Shown piece by piece: positions 1 to 6,500 of a stretch of DNA of 12,914 nt. The DNA comes from an uncultured archaeon (GTDB lineage Archaea; Thermoplasmatota; Penumbrarchaeia; JASLWR01). A program made the position numbers and the translations under genes. The notes under the pieces are model-generated. The model searched no databases. It was given only the letters and a program-made list of their open reading frames with translations, and had not been told where the DNA came from. Within the stretch, counting starts at the first letter, position 1, and the number at the start of each line of letters is the position of its first letter. Where the stretch lies: positions 1 through 12,914 of the forward strand of contig CAYFHS010000052.1 in the NCBI GenBank assembly GCA_964342815.1, in the 5' to 3' direction.

Positions 1-18
1 CGAGGATGCATCTAATTT

Positions 19-83
19 GCCAGGTGGTAACCTGTCAAACCGTAACTTGGCAAGCTGTTACCTGCCATAGTTCGCGGAATCGC
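19..83 (+). repeat. Left copy of a 65-bp inverted repeat (partner 12850-12914)
   Basis: 19-83 is the reverse complement of 12850-12914 at 61/65 positions. 19-55 vs 12878-12914 is a perfect 37-nt match. Mismatches are at 56, 65, 74 and 78. Confidence 0.97.
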
Positions 84-310
84 AGCCTGTAGGAAACCGT
101 AAGGTTTTCGAGGGCTCAGGTGTGACCGAAGGTTGCACCCGTAGGTACATTTACCGAGGGTGTAGCAACGCCTACTTGGTGTTGCGGAACGAAGTGGACA
201 CCGGAGTGAAGTGGGAGCCTGTAGGTTTCCAAAGGAAATCGAAGGCTAAGCAATGGCCGAAGGGTTGCGTAGTGAAGCGGTAGCCCGGAGGGATCGATTC
301 CGCTTCATCG
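19..310 (+). ncRNA. Candidate structured non-coding element (RNA or ssDNA), family not recognised
   Basis: Near-continuous stems on +: 26-62, 84-116, 119-139, 141-175, 176-204, 216-247, 250-268 and 272-308. G-U wobbles favour the + strand, and there are GUAA and GAA loops. No credible ORF. Transcription is not demonstrated. Confidence 0.6.
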
Positions 311-384
311 AATAATGGAATAGAAAGGAGGACCGAGATACCTCGAGACCATAACTTAGAGAAAGGCGTTTATGATAATATATA

Positions 385-1794
385 TTACATTTCGAGTTCT
401 TCCAGAACCTTTTCCTTCGTTTTCTTCGCCGCCTCATTCTCCGGATTGATCTCCAAGACCTTTTCGATACAGGAAAGTTTCTCCTCCAGGTTTCCCAGCT
501 TACCAAGAGCGATCCCCTTGTTGAACCAGGCCTTTTCGTGAACAGGGTCTAGACCCAGGGCCTCGTCGTAGCACGCCACTGCTTCACGAAAATTCCCCAT
601 GTGGCGCCCGTACAGGTTCCCTTTCTGGAACCATATATCGGGATTTTCATCGAGGTCCAGAGCCTGATTGAAGAATTCTGTTGCCATATCGGGATCCTTA
701 AGATAGTTTGCGTGGATCTTACCAAGTTCAAGCAGTATCTTAGCGTTTTCCGGTTCGAGTTTCAGGGCATTGTTCAGGGATACCAGAGCCTCGTCGTAGT
801 CCTGGAATTCATTACTTAACAGTATGCCTTTTTCAAGCCATCCAATTGCCAAGTGGCGGTTGAGCTTCGTCAGCTCGTTGAAACAAGCCAGCGCCTCCTT
901 GTGCCTCTCGAAATGTTCGGACAGCATCATGGCCTTGTTGAACCAGGCTTCCTGATAATTTTCCTCGTTTTTAATGGCAAGGTCCCAGAATTCCAGGGCC
1001 TTTGGGTACTTTGATCGAGCATTGTAAATATTTCCCAGATAGAAATAGGATTGCGCAAGATCCTCCTGAAGTTCCACGGTCCTAAGAAAACATTCTTCCG
1101 CTTCGTGGAGAATATCTATATTGAAAAGGGCCACTCCCTTGTAGAACAGGGCATCGAGCAGATCTTCTTTCTGGTATAAGGCTGCATTGAAACACATGAT
1201 GGCTTCGTCATTCTGCTCCAGCTTGAAATAGGCAAGCCCCTTTCCCGAGAAAGCACGGTAGTTGTTCTCGTTTATCTTCAGTGCCTCGTCGTAGCATTGG
1301 ATGGCTTCTTCATACAGCTCAAGTTTCAGTAGGGCGTTGCCCTTGTTCACAAAAGCCTGTTCGAATTTCGGATGCAGCACCAGAGCCTGCTCGAAGTCCT
1401 CCAGAGCCTGCTCGAACTTTTCTTGAAAATAATAATTGCAGCCCCTGTTGTTGTAAGTGTTCTCATTGTTCGGATTTATCTCCATTGCCCGGTTATAACA
1501 TATGATGGAGTTATCATAATCTTCTAGAAGAGAGTGGATGTTTCCCTTGTTGTACCACGCATCTTCAATGTCATCGAAAAGAGCACAGGCGTCCTCAAGA
1601 CATTCCATGGCTTTGTCATAGTTACCGATCTCTTTCAGTACGGAGGCCTTTCTTGTATTGGCTATGTACAGCTCATTATCATTCGACTTGCCGCTCTGAA
1701 GAACTATGTTGTAGAAAGAAACTGCATCTCTGAATTCGTCTTTGCTCCAGGCCACATCACCTAGGTGAATCTGTTGATCAAGATCCTCTATCAC
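385..1794 (-). CDS. Tetratricopeptide-repeat protein (about 13 tandem TPRs, no catalytic domain seen)
   Basis: 469-aa ORF of 34-aa repeats such as AWYNKGNIHSLLEDYDNSIICYNRAMEINP and AFVNKGNALLKLELYEEAIQCYDEALKINE. GTG start with GGAGGA at 1801-1806 (minus strand). Confidence 0.93.
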   Translation of the reverse strand: MIEDLDQQIHLGDVAWSKDEFRDAVSFYNIVLQSGKSNDNELYIANTRKASVLKEIGNYDKAMECLEDACALFDDIEDAWYNKGNIHSLLEDYDNSIICYNRAMEINPNNENTYNNRGCNYYFQEKFEQALEDFEQALVLHPKFEQAFVNKGNALLKLELYEEAIQCYDEALKINENNYRAFSGKGLAYFKLEQNDEAIMCFNAALYQKEDLLDALFYKGVALFNIDILHEAEECFLRTVELQEDLAQSYFYLGNIYNARSKYPKALEFWDLAIKNEENYQEAWFNKAMMLSEHFERHKEALACFNELTKLNRHLAIGWLEKGILLSNEFQDYDEALVSLNNALKLEPENAKILLELGKIHANYLKDPDMATEFFNQALDLDENPDIWFQKGNLYGRHMGNFREAVACYDEALGLDPVHEKAWFNKGIALGKLGNLEEKLSCIEKVLEINPENEAAKKTKEKVLEELEM

Positions 1795-1817
1795 GAAAAA
1801 TCCTCCGTTATACCATC

Positions 1818-1832
1818 ATTAAAACCCTTTTG
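1818..1832 (-). promoter_or_regulatory. Possible BRE/TATA box for the TPR gene
   Basis: Minus strand reads CAAAAGGG-TTTTAAT about 25 nt upstream of the GTG, resembling an archaeal BRE+TATA. Motif match only. Confidence 0.35.
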
Positions 1833-1898
1833 AATATATTCTCTTTTCGGTAATTATCATTATATGCGTTTTTTTCGAAAATAAATCTCAACCGTACT

Positions 1899-2198
1899 TC
1901 AGCCCAGAAGTACTGTGGGAGCCCCTGCGACAACCACTCCTCCATGGGCGGTTGTGTCACCCATCCTTACCGCGGGTTTCCCTCCGATGAGAACCGATGT
2001 GGATCCTTTAACGAGGTTGTCGGGCGGACCCACGCAGGTGGCCAAATCACCCATCACCGCAGCCGGCAAGTTGGATATCAAGACCGTGGGAACCCCTGGG
2101 CCCGTGATGGGACCTCCAACGTGTGGTACGGGTGGGATCCCTGGTGTCACCATTGGGCAGGTGTGCATATCCCCCAGTCTGGCTGCCGGTTGTCCCAT
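1899..2198 (-). CDS. PAAR-domain spike-tip protein (stand-alone, no toxin extension)
   Basis: Three PAAR-type motifs (PAARLGD, PAAVMGD, PAVRMGD) with His/Cys residues (HTC, PHVGG, TCVG, TAHGG) suited to the tip metal site. The start is more likely ATG 2198 (MGQP) than 2204, because GGAG at 2207-2210 is then 8 nt away rather than 2. Confidence 0.93.
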   Translation of the reverse strand: MGQPAARLGDMHTCPMVTPGIPPVPHVGGPITGPGVPTVLISNLPAAVMGDLATCVGPPDNLVKGSTSVLIGGKPAVRMGDTTAHGGVVVAGAPTVLLG

Positions 2199-2216
2199 AT
2201 TCATTTCTCCGGAATA

Positions 2217-3437
2217 TTAATTTATTTTCACCAACGCTCCTTTCACTTCGAGAATGGCCGCGGCTTCCAGCTTACCAGTAGCCCCCGATTTCAATTCCAT
2301 GGGTGCTGCGGTTTCGAATTTTCCCATGGCACCAGCTTTCAGCTCGAGATTGGCTTTGCTCTCGCAAGCGAACCCCGCCCCGGCCTTTATACTTGTGTCC
2401 ATCTTTGATTCCATATCGAGTTTTTGCCCGCTTTTCATTTTGATATCTTTTTTTGCACTGATCTCCAGCTCATCTTCTGTGGCGATGGTCATTTTCTTAG
2501 CTGAAATTATGCTTATCTCCTGGGGGCTGTCAATCTCGATATTGCCATCCTGTTTAATTCTCACAACCGCCTTGCCCGATCTTACGGTGATGGTTGCCTT
2601 ATTTTTTCCAGATGGTTTTTCGGTATCGATCTCAATTGAGGATTCTCCCCTTTCAAGCAATATTGTGGACCGATCCTCGTCTTTTGTATGGATGGATATG
2701 CTTGCCATCTTGTCACTGGATCCCAGTACCATTTCGGATATCTTCGAAGCGGTCTTGCCCAGAAGAGACGATGGCTGCGAATCGGTCTTGCCCGTTTCCA
2801 GGACCAGCTCAGCCTCTTTTTCTCCTACCCCTCGGAGTCTCATGTGGGAGACAAAATCACTCGGTTCCGAGTCTTCACCCTCTTTAGGAAGGAAATTGGT
2901 TACAATGTCCACAATGCTCTCGTCATATCTCACCACGGTACCCGCGTTGAAACGGATCAGGTAATCATGCATGAACTCTCCTTTCTTGGGCATTCCCCTG
3001 AACTCGATGATCCGGCGGTCCAGTAAGGGCTCCCCGCGTGACGTATCTTTATCACCCTGGCGATATACGTTTGGATCGAATGTAATACGATGTTCACCGT
3101 CCCCATAAAGCGGGGTTCTTTTTTCCACTGAGTAAAGCCTTCCAATGATGACAGGCATCGAAAATATACCGTTAATGAAGGATATTAGGACGAGATCATT
3201 CACGTAAGGGATAATGACCGAACCGCTGTGGGCAGTGGCTATGGGAACGTTTTCCAATTTCAATGGTGTACCTTCCTTGGTGGTCCGCCCTTTTAAAAGC
3301 ACGGAACAATCATAGTTCACCACGTCGTCTTCAGTCTCGTGCAGGTTCACGGTCTCCACCACACCCAGCTCAAGGGTGTGCAGTTTTTCTATCTCGTTCC
3401 TGGCTATCTGCCGTATCATCTCTATGAGCGATGACAT
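2217..3437 (-). CDS. Phage baseplate assembly protein V / gp5-like (VgrG C-terminal half) spike protein
   Basis: N-terminal gp5 OB-fold signature (IPYVNDLVLISFINGIFSMPVIIGRLY). C-terminal approximately 8-residue beta-helix repeats (GNIEIDSPQEISIISAKKMTIATEDELEISAKKDIKMKSG...) ending KGALVKIN. Lies directly upstream of PAAR. No gp27-like hub domain. Confidence 0.85.
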   Translation of the reverse strand: MSSLIEMIRQIARNEIEKLHTLELGVVETVNLHETEDDVVNYDCSVLLKGRTTKEGTPLKLENVPIATAHSGSVIIPYVNDLVLISFINGIFSMPVIIGRLYSVEKRTPLYGDGEHRITFDPNVYRQGDKDTSRGEPLLDRRIIEFRGMPKKGEFMHDYLIRFNAGTVVRYDESIVDIVTNFLPKEGEDSEPSDFVSHMRLRGVGEKEAELVLETGKTDSQPSSLLGKTASKISEMVLGSSDKMASISIHTKDEDRSTILLERGESSIEIDTEKPSGKNKATITVRSGKAVVRIKQDGNIEIDSPQEISIISAKKMTIATEDELEISAKKDIKMKSGQKLDMESKMDTSIKAGAGFACESKANLELKAGAMGKFETAAPMELKSGATGKLEAAAILEVKGALVKIN

Positions 3438-3524
3438 TTTTTCCCCCGAGTTTCTTTATTTTTTCTATTAGATATTTTTGGGATGCTGTCTAGATTAAAG
3501 CTAGTAAAAGGTTCCGCCGGGACA

Positions 3525-3544
3525 TTTATATATATCTTTTCTTC
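3525..3544 (-). promoter_or_regulatory. Possible BRE/TATA box for the spike-PAAR unit
   Basis: Minus strand reads GAAGAAAAG-ATATATATAAA in the 134-bp gap, about 90 nt upstream of the spike ATG. Motif match only. Confidence 0.45.
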
Positions 3545-3571
3545 GCCGAATGGATTTTAATAACAGCCGGA

Positions 3572-6500
3572 TTAGCGTTTCCTGGCGATTTTTCTAACCT
3601 TTGTAACTTTCTTCAATGTTTTTCTTGTGTTAGGGATGGATAATGGTGGCAAAGCCAGTATTTCTTCAGCAGGTCTTCCGGCAGCAGGGAGGGAAAGTGA
3701 AGGGGTATCAATGGATAATGGAGGTAATGACGGGAGAGGTGCGGGATATGTCACAATAGGATTCTCCGTTTCCGGCGCGGAGCCAACCTTAATGGCAGTT
3801 GATTCCCCTTGACCATATGCAAACTGGATGTCGTTATTGGCAGACCTATTTTCTTCCCCCTTCATACCCTTTTTTATAATGACAAACAGGACGATCCCCA
3901 CTATGACAATTCCTATAAACACTACTGATATTATCCATACCCATCTTGTAGAACTCGATCCAATTGCCGGTTCCGCGGTATTCCTGCCCCCTTCCCCCTC
4001 TACAGTTAATTTCATTGTCGTTTCGGCCGATCCACCATCCTCATCGGTGACCGTGAGAGTGATCTTGTAATCGCCGGGAGAGCTAAAAATGTGCTGGATG
4101 ATCATCCCGGTCTTGGCGATACTTTCTATCTTCCAGCGGTATTCCAATCCCTCCATGTCTCCCGCCGTGTCGGTGGAGGAGCTTCCGTCCAGGGTTATTT
4201 TTTCACCCGTTTTTACCTTCAGGGAACTTATGTTTATGACAGCCTCCGGAAGAGTGTTTTCGATACGGAGTTTCTGGGTGATTGTCCCTGTAGCCCCGTC
4301 GTCATCTCTCACAGTGAGTTTTACCTCGTGCAGCCCCGAACCAAGGAAGACGTAACCAACCGTTTTTCCCCAGAGCGTCATCTCCCGACCTATCTTCCAG
4401 GTATAGTTCAGTCCGTTAATATCCGATTTGGTGTCCGAGGTTCCGGCTGCCGAGAAAACTATATTCGTCTCTTTATCCATGTCTCTCTTTGGTGAATATG
4501 AAAATCTCGCTTCGGGAGCTCTGTTGAGAATCGTGATGGACTTTGACATTTTGTAGGTTCCATTGCCGTTGTCTCTTATGAAGAGCATTACACTGTAAGT
4601 ACCGGAATAGTTGAACACATGGGTGAATTCGGTTTCATACTGCCATCCGCTAGTATTACCATCACCGAAATCCATGAGAAATTCTAGATCGTCCTCATCG
4701 GATTTTGTATCCTCTCCTTCGGCCGTGAATTTGATTTCGTCGTCTTCATATACCGTATCCAGGGAAATATCAAAGGTCCCATCCGGAATAGGATTTTCGA
4801 TGGTGACATTTGTAACACATGTCCCGATATCCATATCCCAATCCATCACGGATAATATGGCGGAATAGTTACCCGATTGACGATATGTATGTTCAATTTC
4901 CGGGTTCTGAATCCATTCAGACTGAATTCCGTCACCGAAATCCCATCTGAATTCCAACTCATCCGTATCATTTTCAGTATCCAACCCGCTCCCAGTGAAA
5001 AGCAAAGGATAGTCCTCCACTCCAATGAGGGTGGAAGGTGCGGATGCATTGGGCCGGACATTGTATACATTGACTGTCAGGGTGTCAGTGCTCTCTGCAT
5101 TATCATTATCCCTGACATCGAGGGTCACCAAGTAATTTCCCTTGACCGGGTAAGCATGAGCGGCGATGGGAGACCCGCTCCACTGTGAGGAACCACCGTC
5201 CCCGAAGGTCCAGCGGAATTCCAATCCGGCTGCGAGATCGGAAGCCGTGTCGAAACTTTCACTGCCGTTGAACACCACTATGGAATCCTCTGCCTCTACA
5301 CGATCCGGGCCGGCATCAGCTTCAGGGGGCAGGTTCGAAACCTTTATGGGCAGGGTCCGGCTGGTGCCCTGTTTCGATATGCTATCATAGAGCCTTGCGG
5401 AAATATTGTACTGTCCGGTTGCCCCGAATGAGAAGGTCGGGCTCTTTACCTGTCCATTCATAGCAGGTGTCTCCGTATGCTCATATACACCATCGTAGTC
5501 AAGATCCCACTGGACGACGTAATTGCCGGAATCGAGGGTAGCTGATGTTGTAAGAGATGCTGTTATTTTCTCGTCCTCATGGGGTTCGGAGGGGGTAATC
5601 GTCAGTGATTGAATCACCGGGGCATCCCCCTGTGTGATGGCCAATCTCTGATCTGCATCCACATTGAACAGCTCGGAACTGCTACGGTCCGGCCACCTTA
5701 TCTCTATCCGGTCGATGGTATCAGCGTCCCCGAGACCAAAATGTACAACGGGTGAGTTCTGAAAACCATGGCCTCCCGCATCCCCACCGATGATCCGGGA
5801 CATGTGAGTATCCCCCACGCTCAGTATCACCCTTGCACCAATAGCCCCTGAATTTGCCGTTGTACCTTTCAGCTTGAGCTCGAGCCAGTTATTCGAATTC
5901 CCTTCGTTTCTGAACAAGTGAAGCTCCCGAACACCCTTGAACGGGTAGGTTCCCTCTGTAATGAGATCGAGATCACCGTCGTTGTCATAATCGCCCCAGG
6001 CAGCCCCTGTATTGGACCATACGCGTATACCAAGTGTTTCCGCCTGGTCGGTGAACGTTCTGTCGCCGTTGTTCCTCCAAAGGTAACACCAATCCCAAAA
6101 GGAATAAGTCTTAACCTGGGGTATCCATATATCCAGGTCGCCGTCGTTGTCGTAATCACCCCACGTACATCCGAAATAGTCCTCGTCCTTCCAGTAACCG
6201 TTTCCTTCATTATCGTAGATCACCGTACCGGAGGGTGTAATGGGAATTCCCACCTCGGCCCTGATATCCTGAAAGTGATAGTCAGGATATCCGGAAGAAT
6301 CGAGAAGCTGGGCGTCATCACAGAATGCTCCCCTGTTCATTCCCGAACGCTCGTCGTCCTTGTGAGCGAGATTGCTAACCCATAGGTCCATGTCAAGGTC
6401 GTTGTCGAAATCCCCCCAGGCGCAGCCGGCACTGTGACCGTAATACGGGCCGGAGTTCTCGTAATAATCGGCGTCGCCGTCTACATCCGCCCTTGCGGGA

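Noticed and set aside
26-62. loxP/dif-like recombinase core (arms around the 8-bp spacer ACCGTAAC)
   Set aside because: The arms match only 5/6 next to the spacer and need a 3-bp offset further out. This fits a hairpin with an internal loop better than a symmetric 11-13 bp recombinase site.
84-116. Internal loop considered as a K-turn or archaeal SECIS
   Set aside because: There are no tandem GA/AG pairs after a 3-nt bulge, the GAA lies on the wrong strand for an archaeal SECIS, and no in-frame UGA selenoprotein candidate is seen.
216-247. Hairpin starting GAGCC with a 3' bulge resembles group II intron domain V
   Set aside because: It lacks the usual DV geometry and AY bulge, occurs in several copies, and has no GUGYG 5' end, domain VI or RT gene.
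291-301. GGATCGATTCC resembles a tRNA T-arm
   Set aside because: The T-stem extends only 2 bp, and no D-arm, anticodon arm or cloverleaf can be built.
322-331. Strong SD-like AGAAAGGAGG on +
   Set aside because: There is no start codon at a suitable distance. On the minus strand it is a pyrimidine tract after the TPR stop and may simply aid termination.
1-345. CRISPR array, rRNA, RNase P, SRP RNA or hammerhead ribozyme
   Set aside because: There are no equal-length repeat-spacer units and no cas genes. I could not find the conserved cores of these RNAs (e.g. GAGGAAAGUCC, CUGANGA...GAAA).
246-506. 86-aa minus-strand ORF
   Set aside because: It overlaps the TPR 3' end in another frame and runs into the structured region. 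Its Arg-rich composition is typical of an off-frame read.
1380-1416. Exact 16-nt direct repeat CCAGAGCCTGCTCGAA at 21-nt spacing
   Set aside because: It encodes FEQALEDFEQAL, which fits the normal TPR helix periodicity. At most it is a local micro-duplication.
1915-2964. Plus-strand ORFs 1915-2220, 1944-2408 and 2254-2964
   Set aside because: They are antisense shadows of the PAAR and spike genes, with no recognisable motifs or RBS.
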